Positions 51,342-61,384 of a DNA stretch of 64,000 nucleotides are shown here, piece after piece (within the stretch, counting starts at the first letter, position 1; each line of letters starts with the position of its first letter). Below the pieces are notes generated by a model. It did no database searches and was not told the DNA's origin. It worked only from the letters and a program-made list of their open reading frames with translations. This DNA comes from Trypanosoma brucei (lineage: Eukaryota): positions 224,001 through 288,000 of the forward strand of contig CP000070.1 in the NCBI GenBank assembly GCA_000002445.1. Reading direction: 5' to 3'. The translations under genes and the position numbers were made by a program.

Positions 51342-52490
51342 GTGTTGGGGCAACTGTGCCTTTCTTTATTTTCTGGCGCAGCAGTCCCATACCTCCCCTG
51401 TTCACGAATGATGCAACGTTGCGGCACTTCACTGAGTCGCCTGTGCTTCCGCCGCTTATTGCGTACACCACTCCTTGTTTATTCTATACCACCAATTCGT
51501 GATGTGCCATCGGGGATAGCACACTGCCCATTGAGCTGCAGCATGCGTATGGTCACTTCTTCGAATGATGACGAGTTTGTGTTTGATCCTACTCTCAGTA
51601 TCCAGAAGGACGCCGCGATACACACGGCCAAGAAAAGCTTCGAAACTATTGTACTCGAGTATGTTCCTGCGCACGCTCCCGAGGAGGCGAGGCAGAAGGT
51701 GAAGTCGTACCTGACCCAGCACCCAATCGACATACTTATAACGCAACCTAAGGTGCAAATCACTCACTTGGAAGACGCAGAGTCGGGGGCAGAGACAAAA
51801 GTTTCATTGAGTCCGTGTGACCTTCCCGAGGCGCTGCAGCAGGCAAGGGAGCGTGGGATGAATCTCGTTCAAATGGGGGCGCGTGGAGATGTGGCGTACT
51901 GCAGGATCCGCCGTGAGTCCGCCCGCATTCTGAGTCTCATACACACCGAACTTGAGGCCCTTCGCGAGCAGGAGGAGAAACAACAGGGGAAAGGACGCGG
52001 TGGGGTGCAGGCAGCGGCTAAAATGGGTGAGCTCATTGACCACACATTCCGTGACGCAGTGGATGCCCATTTTGTTGGGTGGCGAAGCAAGAAAATAGTG
52101 GAAGATATCAGGAGGCGGCACCCGGTGAAGTTGACTATCAAGGAGTTTCAATCACCCGAGTGTGCTATCGGTAAGCTTAGGGAGATGTGCCAGGCGATGC
52201 AGCATTACGCACAGGAGAAGGTCATATACCACCACTTCACCAGCATCGTGGCAAATGATCGCGAAGCAAGTATTACTTTTGCCCCTGCGCTGCCCATGGC
52301 CAAGAGTGATTCGTGGAAACATATAAAGTACCCGGGCGAGAAGGAATGGACTAATGCTTTGAGGCGAATGGAAGATGCGTGTCGTAAAAGTGGGCGTTAT
52401 GGCACGTATGCAAAAAGCAACAAACTCAAGTTGCGCTCCTTGGGTCAGACATCATATCGTGTAGACAAATACGGGAGGAAGATGGATTAA
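51342..52490 (+). CDS. Hypothetical protein (382 aa). The N-terminus is basic/amphipathic (possible mitochondrial presequence). An alternative start, MMQRCG, lies at 51408.
   Basis: Uninterrupted ORF on the polycistron strand, with polypyrimidine tract and AG upstream. No recognised domain. Confidence 0.45.
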   Translation: MLGQLCLSLFSGAAVPYLPCSRMMQRCGTSLSRLCFRRLLRTPLLVYSIPPIRDVPSGIAHCPLSCSMRMVTSSNDDEFVFDPTLSIQKDAAIHTAKKSFETIVLEYVPAHAPEEARQKVKSYLTQHPIDILITQPKVQITHLEDAESGAETKVSLSPCDLPEALQQARERGMNLVQMGARGDVAYCRIRRESARILSLIHTELEALREQEEKQQGKGRGGVQAAAKMGELIDHTFRDAVDAHFVGWRSKKIVEDIRRRHPVKLTIKEFQSPECAIGKLREMCQAMQHYAQEKVIYHHFTSIVANDREASITFAPALPMAKSDSWKHIKYPGEKEWTNALRRMEDACRKSGRYGTYAKSNKLKLRSLGQTSYRVDKYGRKMD

Positions 52491-53534
52491 TGAAAGGGAG
52501 GAAACTGAGGCTTCATGACAACCCAAAAGCATATTGTGAAGGGGTGATGGTGATGGTGATGGTGATAGCTTTGTTTTCAGTTGTGTGTGGACATTTTTTT
52601 TTTGTATCGGGCATCATGTTTTGTTTTCCCTTGTTCACCAGCGAGCACGGGCGCGAGAGTGAGCAAGTATTCAACTTGTGCATTTTGTATTCCTCTGGCG
52701 TCGACAGCGCACTGGATTGTGTGACTGCTGGGCCACAACGAGTCCGCCTTGCTGTTTGGGAGTTTGTTCCGTTCATACCTTCAGTTCCGCGCTCTATTTG
52801 TTTTATTGAACAGAAATTAGGGAGAACACATGTGGGGGATGGAGGCATATGTTAGCCCATGTGGGAAGTGGAATAGTGTATGCTTACTCTGTGTATTATA
52901 AAGGTTCTTTGTTGTTGGTTGCAGTATTGTTGGGAACAATGGAGTGGGGAGAAAATGTGCATTCTTCAGTAAGTTACGATGAGATGTCGCATGTATTGGA
53001 CATGTCTGCTTACCCTTCAGCATAAATTACTCCACTCTGGCAATGGCGTGCACTCATGTGCGGTATTTCTCGCTGAGCCTCTTATCCTTTATCGTGATTT
53101 ATTGCCCACACCTTTATTTTTGCCGATGTTACCGGAGAGGGTATCCACGTGTATACAAGAGTGTAAAAAGAAAATGGATCGTGAGCGCCAATGGCTTAAA
53201 GAGGTGTGGGTGAGTGGGTAGTTCGTGCGGCCAATAGGTTGTGTTTCACGTAATATCAAAGAAGTCTTCTCGTTCAGGGTGCCGGCCCACTCGCGCTGAG
53301 TTTGGTTTCGGGCTGTAATAAACGCGAAGCTAACGCTTCACGAAACTTCTCTTTCTTTTCCTCATTTTTTAAATTCTTTGTGCCGCTTCCTCAGCTACAT
53401 GTTAAGGGTGAGGCTCTGTTTGGCTTCCAATTTTTTTTGGTTTTGGGGCTTTCTATGACTTTATTTGAGAACTGCATCGTCTTTCCACCAAGCATCAAAA
53501 AGAAGTACCAAGAGGCTTGCGCGGTCGTGAGTAA

Positions 53535-56500
53535 ATGCCACCGAGGAAGAGAAGCAAGCGGCCACGAGACCAAGAACAGTCCGCTGAAGCTGAGACAGCA
53601 ACGACAGGAATCGAATCACTGGTGGGTCGTGAAGGGGACCCCATTACACATGATTTCATTGACGAATGCAACGGTGATGAAAGTGATTCGGATAACCAGA
53701 TATTAGCAGCTTCATTCAAGAAGCGGACGAAACGCCGAGCTGAAAAGATGGTGGGCAACGGGAACGACACTGTGCTGACTGATGGTGACGATGATGAGTG
53801 TATCGCTGAGCAGGAAGACAAGGTAACGAAAGCGCTACAGGCACGACTGCGGTGTGGAATGCAGCGCTTTGCAACGTCGGCAACGAATCAGGGGGGACTA
53901 GTCAAACCCTCCGGGCCACCGAGTTCAGTTGCAGCCGCCGCTCAACGTAGTACGACCACGAAAAGGGATAATCTCACTAACAGCCGGCGTCAGGAGATTT
54001 TTGTTGAGCACGTGAAGCACTTTATGCGATACACGGTGATTGCCGATAAGGCCCGGAAGTTGGTTTCGCTCGAAGAACGGCCGAAGGAGGATCCAGATGT
54101 TGGGAACGACCGCGTAGAACTACTGCGGATTCACGTGTCCTTGCCATGCGTATGGCGCTACATACTGCACGAGTGGGAGCGAGTGGAAGAAGCGTCTAAG
54201 AAATCATCGTCGTTGGCAGCATCCCGTGATGCCTCAGTGAGCAGACTCGTGAGTTTATTCATGAAGTGCCTTAACTCTTTAGATGGCATTCACGCGCTTC
54301 TATTCATTGCTTGTGCAGCTTGCCGTGCGTTGGATTTGACGGGCGGCGTAACGAGCGTTCTATTGCACTTGTTGCTGGAGACTGGTCGCGTGGAGGAGGA
54401 CCGCCTTTTGAAATCAGATAGTGGGGAGCTCGTGTACAAGGCGATCGAAGAAATTGATAAGGAAATGCATAGTCGGTTTGGGGGCAGCGACTGTTGTTAT
54501 TTCCAGACTCACTCGTACCTTTTGTTGTTAATATGGTACACCCAAAGGGATGTGTCCGACAACGGAGGTCCTCTGAAAATGAGCCACCAAGTCGTCCTTT
54601 CACAGGCATTTGTGAAGGCGACATCGCCTTACCAAACGGCGCGCACGCGAAGGGGAAGTAAAGCAGCGGCTTCTGTTGCTCCCTCTGAGGAATCAGGGAA
54701 GAGAAAGCCGCGCGGCCGGCGCTGCGCGGGAAGCAGCGAAGACGGTGCCGCGTTATCAGGTTTTGATCGGCATGCGACTTTGGTGACGGAGGTGCAGGAG
54801 CATGAGACGAGGTGGGCGGAAGACAGTTCCAAATTCCTTTTCAGTTTGTACGCTCTTCAAAATGCCAGCGGTAGTGCCTCCTACGGCATGAAGAAACTGG
54901 CGCTCCGGGAGGTCATGGGAGCCGTGTTCCTCTTCCACCGCGTCCTTTCTGAAAGCGGAGTGAATGACTTCCTATTGGAATCAAAGGAAAGCCGCATAAG
55001 GGAGTTACATGAATGGTCGTTGTCAAAAGGCTTTGTCACGCCCCCTCTCACACATGGTGGTGAGAGCAGCAACAACGGTACCACTGTTAACAGCTTTGCT
55101 TCAACTGATGTTGGAGAGGATGGTCTGAACGTAATGAGTATGGCCGGAAGGACCTACCGTGAATGTACTGACGTGGAGAGAAGTTTTCCACGCGTGGCGA
55201 ATGCGCGAGCTATGCTTCAACACGTCACGCAGATTGCTGCCGCTAATTACCGTGGGAACACACGTGCAGTAGGGGAGGGGTTCCCCCATGAGTATATTCG
55301 GGCACGTCTGCATCCTCACCAAGTAGAGAGCCTCGCTTACATGCTTGAACGGGAAACGCGTGGTCTGGCACAGTACGTTGAACTTCGTGGCTTCTTTGAA
55401 GCTACCTCAGGCTTACCCTCAGAAGTTGCGGATCGAAGTGCAGGAAGAGGGAGCAGAGAGTTTTCACTCTTCTACTCTTCCATGTCCTCTGAGTGGTTCA
55501 TTGTGCGCAGTGATTCTTTGTCTGCTCGCTTCGCTCGTCGAGCACTGCATTGCGGTTTTTTATGTGATGAAATGGGATTGGGTAAAACGCTGGTAGTGCT
55601 CTCCCTGTGTGCAACCGCAAAGAAGCGTGCCATTGAGTTGGAGGAAACAGAAGTACCGACGGTCACCACATTAGGCACCGTGAAGGGGTCTAATGTGGGT
55701 GCCGTCAACAAGGCATTTGCAGAGAGTGATGCCGGCACGGCGGGCGCAGGTGAGGATGAACCGATCTATTTGTGGCGACACATCCGGGTTCGTAAAACAG
55801 GTGCACCGTGGTCAGATATGTTGGAGGTTTTATACGGCAGCTTACCGCAGCCGGTGTACCTTCCCACACCAAAGCCGCTTCCGAAAACGACCCTTGTGGT
55901 GGTGCCGCTCTCACTATTGATTCAGTGGGTGTCGGAAATTGATCGCTTTTATCCACTTGCTCGATACATATTGTTTCACGGCCCATCGCGGCAGCGCTAC
56001 ACCTATGAAGACTTTTGCTCTGCCGATTTTGTGATCACCACGTACGAAACCGTCGGTGCCCACCTGCGAGTGGAGACAGATGCAGCGTTTCGTCTTCTAA
56101 CTATGACGCTGCCGTATATGGAACATAAAGATGCTTCCTTGGCGCAGTGGGATACCTTTTGCCGCGGATGTAACGAACGTCGGGCCCGGGCAGCGTCAGC
56201 GTCCCAAGGGGTAAATGACTGCGATGGATCCGCTGATGTCTTCGATAGCATTCTTAGCCTGTTTGAATCGGCCCGGAGGCAAGTAGTTCTGGAGGCGGAA
56301 GGGGCACCGCCCGGTCCGACACTTGACTTTGTTTCTCAGTGGGACAAAACGTTTCGAGAGTTCCTGCGGAGTGACGTTCTTTACCTGACGGATTTCGTCT
56401 TTGAACGCATTATACTTGACGAATCGCAGAAGTGCTCGAAGACCTCCAGGCTTCAGTACCTCCAGGCTCGCCGACGATGGGTTGTGTCGGGAACACCCAT

Positions 56501-58373
56501 CAACAACAACGACGTCAACTCTCTTCAACCTTTATTTAAGTTCCTGTGGGCCGAGCTTAGTCCATCGTATTCTGTGTCTCCACTAAGCGCGTTTTATTGC
56601 TCCTCTTACGACAAACAGCGGCACATGATCTCCGCCCTCAACGCATTCAGAAGTTCGAGGAAGATGGCACGATATGCGATTAACAGCTTTTACGTCGGCC
56701 GTCACTCAAAGTCGTCCCCAAGTGACACACGACATGTCCTGACCCAACCGGCAATAAGGAAGCCACTGTGCATGTGTAGGCTCTGCAATCCGTTTACTAA
56801 GCAAACAGTTTATCCGAAATCCCCTGTGCTCACTTTGAAGGATGCATTGTATCGTCGTGTAACGTCCGCTGCAAGCGAGGAAGAAACCGAGGGATTCATT
56901 TCCGACCGTGGTGGTTTGTTCCGGTCGTGGCGGTTTTCTGTGCCCTTGACACATCTGATGGTCCGTCATGAGAAAACGGAGGAGCTGCAGAGGGCTCTGC
57001 AACTTTCTCCTGTCACCGAAGCGCATGTGGAGGTTCCACTACTGGACGGCGAGCGCTTTCTCTATGATTACGCGGGAGACGTTGTAGCTCGGGGCGTTGC
57101 ACTTTTGCAACGCCAGGGGTTGGTGGGAAACTGTTCAGCGAAGCTGCTGTCATGGGTCTGCTTACTTGGCCGTATGGCGTTGCATCCTTCAACAGCCTTC
57201 GCTGACGTCCGAAACAGTGATCAAGCACTGTATGTGCAGTCCCATCAGAAAAATGAGCAAGTCGCTTCCAACTTCCTGAGTTCAGTTGTTTCCGTAACAC
57301 CTAACGACGCGTTGGCGTACGCTAGGAAGCTTATCGCGAACCGGCTTAATACTACGGGAACCAGGAAAGGTCGGGGTGAAACCAATGTGTTGGTTCCCCC
57401 GGAGACGACGGTGGAGACACTGCGCAAACTGACGCTTGATCCCCCTGAAGTTCCAGAGTGCGCCATATGTCTCGATACTATGCTCCACCCAACCTTACTA
57501 AGCTGCTTCCATCTATTTTGTAAGGAGTGTCTGTTTGCGACGATACAGGTGGCGAGACCAACACTTTCAAACGAAACTACCGCCCGCTGCCCTCATTGTA
57601 GAAACCCCAAAAGCATGAGGGAAAAAATGATGGTAATTCAGGTGGAAAATACGCAAGTAAGCACGCTGGGTGCACTCCAAGATGAGGGCATGGCGCCCCC
57701 CAACGGTGAAAACGTTTCTCACGAAGAACTGAAGCGACGGGTTGATGCTGTTGGGCGCGGTAGTCGAATTCCAAGGCTGATTCAACTGCTTGAAGACATA
57801 TGGGATGAGGCCCCAGACGACAACGTGTTGGTGTTCTCAAAGGTGCCAGCGATCCTGCAAATGGGAGAGGCAGCCCTAAAGGAGGCTGGCTACCAAAACG
57901 TACACGTGATCGATAATCACGTAACTTTGGTTCAGCGGAAGAAAATTTTCGCCCAGCTCCACGCCAATGCAGCGACCACCGCCTCAGCAACAGGGTCGGC
58001 CTCAGGAAGCACGCCTTCGGGTAACAACCGAGGACACGTGCTGTTTCTCTCTTCCCGGGTTGCATGCTCAGGGCTCAATTTGGTCTTTGCGAACCGCTTG
58101 ATTTTTATGGAACCCAACCTCAACCCAGCCCAGCACCAGCAGGCAGTTGGTCGCATTGACCGTTGCGGACAGTTGAAGAGAACATATGTGTATGTAATGT
58201 ATGCACCTCGCACTATTGAGGAGAGGATCATGAATCGGACCTCAGCTCTGCTGCAGGAGGCAAGTCAAGGTACTTTTCCTGACGTAGCAACAGGTCGAGG
58301 GGCTCCGGCAGGAAATACCTCTTCAATGGGACAAAGCGAGTTAATTACTTTACTTCAAGCGCAACAAGCGTGA
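53535..58373 (+). CDS. SNF2-family ATPase with a RING finger inserted between the helicase lobes (Rad5/Rad16/HLTF-like) and a ~570-aa N-terminal extension.
   Basis: LHPHQVESLAYMLERE (SNF2_N start), GFLCDEMGLGKTL (motif I), RIILDESQKCSKTS...RWVVSGTPINN (motifs II/III; DESQ in place of DEAH/DEGH), CAICLDTMLHPTLLSCFHLFCKECL...CPHCR (C3HC4 RING), VLVFSKV...LFLSSRVACSGLNLVFANRLIFMEPNLNPAQHQQAVGRIDRCGQ (helicase C, motif VI). Confidence 0.85.
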   Translation: MPPRKRSKRPRDQEQSAEAETATTGIESLVGREGDPITHDFIDECNGDESDSDNQILAASFKKRTKRRAEKMVGNGNDTVLTDGDDDECIAEQEDKVTKALQARLRCGMQRFATSATNQGGLVKPSGPPSSVAAAAQRSTTTKRDNLTNSRRQEIFVEHVKHFMRYTVIADKARKLVSLEERPKEDPDVGNDRVELLRIHVSLPCVWRYILHEWERVEEASKKSSSLAASRDASVSRLVSLFMKCLNSLDGIHALLFIACAACRALDLTGGVTSVLLHLLLETGRVEEDRLLKSDSGELVYKAIEEIDKEMHSRFGGSDCCYFQTHSYLLLLIWYTQRDVSDNGGPLKMSHQVVLSQAFVKATSPYQTARTRRGSKAAASVAPSEESGKRKPRGRRCAGSSEDGAALSGFDRHATLVTEVQEHETRWAEDSSKFLFSLYALQNASGSASYGMKKLALREVMGAVFLFHRVLSESGVNDFLLESKESRIRELHEWSLSKGFVTPPLTHGGESSNNGTTVNSFASTDVGEDGLNVMSMAGRTYRECTDVERSFPRVANARAMLQHVTQIAAANYRGNTRAVGEGFPHEYIRARLHPHQVESLAYMLERETRGLAQYVELRGFFEATSGLPSEVADRSAGRGSREFSLFYSSMSSEWFIVRSDSLSARFARRALHCGFLCDEMGLGKTLVVLSLCATAKKRAIELEETEVPTVTTLGTVKGSNVGAVNKAFAESDAGTAGAGEDEPIYLWRHIRVRKTGAPWSDMLEVLYGSLPQPVYLPTPKPLPKTTLVVVPLSLLIQWVSEIDRFYPLARYILFHGPSRQRYTYEDFCSADFVITTYETVGAHLRVETDAAFRLLTMTLPYMEHKDASLAQWDTFCRGCNERRARAASASQGVNDCDGSADVFDSILSLFESARRQVVLEAEGAPPGPTLDFVSQWDKTFREFLRSDVLYLTDFVFERIILDESQKCSKTSRLQYLQARRRWVVSGTPINNNDVNSLQPLFKFLWAELSPSYSVSPLSAFYCSSYDKQRHMISALNAFRSSRKMARYAINSFYVGRHSKSSPSDTRHVLTQPAIRKPLCMCRLCNPFTKQTVYPKSPVLTLKDALYRRVTSAASEEETEGFISDRGGLFRSWRFSVPLTHLMVRHEKTEELQRALQLSPVTEAHVEVPLLDGERFLYDYAGDVVARGVALLQRQGLVGNCSAKLLSWVCLLGRMALHPSTAFADVRNSDQALYVQSHQKNEQVASNFLSSVVSVTPNDALAYARKLIANRLNTTGTRKGRGETNVLVPPETTVETLRKLTLDPPEVPECAICLDTMLHPTLLSCFHLFCKECLFATIQVARPTLSNETTARCPHCRNPKSMREKMMVIQVENTQVSTLGALQDEGMAPPNGENVSHEELKRRVDAVGRGSRIPRLIQLLEDIWDEAPDDNVLVFSKVPAILQMGEAALKEAGYQNVHVIDNHVTLVQRKKIFAQLHANAATTASATGSASGSTPSGNNRGHVLFLSSRVACSGLNLVFANRLIFMEPNLNPAQHQQAVGRIDRCGQLKRTYVYVMYAPRTIEERIMNRTSALLQEASQGTFPDVATGRGAPAGNTSSMGQSELITLLQAQQA

Positions 58374-58844
58374 TGCTGGCATTTTTTTTGCTGTTTCTGA
58401 ATTGACCTCGGGATCGCCGACGATCACACGACCCTCCACCCTCCACCCTCCAAGCCCAAACCCATTTTTTGAGTCGTTTCTTTTTTTTTTTTTTAAATAA
58501 CTATTTTATTTCCTCTCCCTTATATTTGTGACGCCCAGGATATTTTGTTTCTGTTTGGAGACGATTGTTGTGAGTTCTAGAACTGCACCCTGAAAAAGGA
58601 TTAAAAAAAAAGGGGGCGATGGGATGTTTGCCATTTTACGTTTTTTTGTTTTTCTTTTTATGTCGTGCATTCTTTTAACGTTTGTTGCCGTCTCCATTTT
58701 GTCTTTGTTTATTATTATTATTTTTTTTTAGGGTTGATTCAGGGGTGGTGGGTGAGGAGGCCCTTGGCGGGGAATTTATCTCTTTCTCTTTTCTTCTGTT
58801 GACTTTGTTTTTCCTTTTATCCACAGGGTAGCGATGAGGCAAGG

Positions 58845-58849
58845 ATGTC

Positions 58850-58884
<35 letters not shown>
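58845..58884. repeat. (TA)n microsatellite.
   Basis: catacatatatatatatatatatatatatatattta. Confidence 0.85.
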
Positions 58885-58890
<6 letters not shown>

Positions 58891-61258
58891 GAAGGAATGT
58901 ACAAACATGAAACAAATAAGCGGATATTTAAATATATAAGTATATATGTACTTGTGTAATGTGAGTGAGTAAATAAATAAGTGAATGAGTCTGCGTGTGT
59001 TTCGAATATTGACGAAGTGAATCTATGAACTAAGTTATGTATTCTTTTCCCCCCTTTCCAGTATCCCTTGTATTTTCGGGCGCTGATGTTCCTTTTGTTC
59101 TGTTCTGTTGTTGTTCTTTTCTAGAGACTTCGTTCCAAAGTACGAAAATGCCTCGTTGGTCTCTTTTCTTGTTCTTATTCTGTCTGTGAGATGCATTGCT
59201 TCATCTTAAATTTTCTGGCTTCACCTTTCGTTTTTTTTTATTGTTTTCGCCTTACTACCGCTTCCGTGACCATCGAGAGGCGCACGTTGCTTTTGTTATG
59301 GTGCCTACGTATGCGTTGCCCATATTCCTTCACATTACATTACATTACATCACTGTTGTGAGCTCAATAACGTACTCAAGGAGACGGCACCACAACGAAC
59401 GAGAGCGAAATGAATAAATGGAGGACAGGTGGCGAAAAAGAAAAAGTAAGAAAAAAGAGGAAAATAATAAAAGAGAAAGAAATAGAGAAGTAGAGAAAAC
59501 AATTACAATAATAAAGCAAAGCATATATCATGACGGTAACTACAATGTCTCGTGCTTTCCCCCACACATCAACGGCCCCCAAAATCTCGTCTTCCAATCA
59601 GTTCTTTCTTTCCTTTTTTGTTTTGTTGTTGTCGGCATTGGCTTTGCTTTATCAACCTATATCTATATCTATCCATATTTATATATTTTTATGATTTGAA
59701 GTGACGCAACCTGCCGGTTCGCTTTATGTTAACTGAGTGGGTGGGAACAAAAGAAATTGTAAATAGCTAATTTTGTTTTCCTTTAATTGGGACAATTTTA
59801 GCGAGTACATGAGATCTTTTCCCCTTCCGTTTTTTTGCCTCTATTGTTTATGACACAAACACAAACACACACACATATGCTCAAAAAGGGGGGAAAAAGA
59901 GAGGAATACTTGTGTATGCACAAAGAAGAAAGAAAAAAAAAGAAGAATGAAATATAGAAGGGAGCTATGGGAAGAGCAATTTTCATTGTGGTTATTTCTA
60001 CTACTATTATGAGGAACGGTAACATTGTTATTATTTAGCTTTAGTGTGCGACTATGTTACCCCATTTTGTGTTTGTTTGTTTAATTGTTATGTTCGTTCT
60101 TATGGATATGTGTAACAAACACATCATCTTTATCTTCTATGCGCCGGGCAGGAATGATCTTGTGAATGGCGTCTTTTGCTTTTTTTTGTATGTGATGGAA
60201 AGAGAGAGTTCAAGAAGGGGGAAGGGGAGTAAAAAAAAATAAATAAAAGAAAACATCATGCTTGCATGCATAAGCATTAATGTATGTCTTTGTGCGTAGT
60301 ACATCGTTGCTCCAGAACACAGAAATGCAATATCTCACCAAAGTAAGGAGAGAGGAGACATAATGCGTGATACTATTTTTTTCTTTTGAAAAAGATGAAA
60401 AAGAGATAAAGCAACAGGGGATGAAAGGTTTAAAATTATGCTTTGCTAATCGGTTACTATTATCACTACGATTATCATTACAATTACTGTTGTCATTTTT
60501 TTTTTTTAAGTTTTAATAAAAAGAAAAGCAACAATACCATCATCGTTGCGTCGTAGAGGATACACACTTCTTTGCTACATCCCCTGTTATTTTTCCATTT
60601 TAAAACAAAATTTGTGGTGCTGACTAATGGAAGTTAAGTGGAGCGCTCATGCACCAACGAAGAAGGACGAGGAGAGGAGGGAAATGCGGAAAGGAAAAGG
60701 AAAAAAGAAAGATCGAAACCTTCAAAGAGAGTCTAAAGGGGTGGCGTGCCGCTTACATAAAAGTAACTCCATACAAGACGTACACAAATATACATATACC
60801 TGTTCATCCTTTGATTTTCCCTTTCTTCCTCTTCTTTTTCATTTCGGCCTTGAAGCGACATTAATACTTAAAGATCCCTTGTTTTACATCTCACAGTTTA
60901 AGATTTGTGAAGAGTGTGCATGTTTTGCTCGGCAATAAATGGGAAAATAAAGACGTGAAATATATGTATGTATGTATATATATGTATTTCGTCCTCTCTC
61001 ACACCCTCGTGTGTTCCACACGCTCAAGGGCGAACTTTTGTTGATTCTTTTTATTATTTTTCTCTTGAATGCTCTTTTACTTCCTCATAAGTTTTTATTA
61101 GGAAGTTTAATTGTTTATTACCCTTTAAAAAAAAATACGTATTTTAATTTGTTTTTGCTGTTTTTTGCGAAAAAAAAATTCACAAAAATTTCGTAAAATA
61201 AGTTGTCTTTTTCCTCCTTTTCTTTTCTTTTTTCTTTTAAATTCGTTCTTCCCGCTGT

Positions 61259-61283
61259 TTATATATATATATATATATATATG
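61259..61283. repeat. (TA)n microsatellite.
   Basis: tatatatatatatatatatatatatg. Confidence 0.85.
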
Positions 61284-61384
61284 TGATGTGCGTGTATTGA
61301 GAAAAGTGGGTTAAGTAGGGAGGTGGAAAAGGGTTCGTTAATCAAATTAGGTTAAACCTGAGAAAATAAAAAGAACGAAAATTT

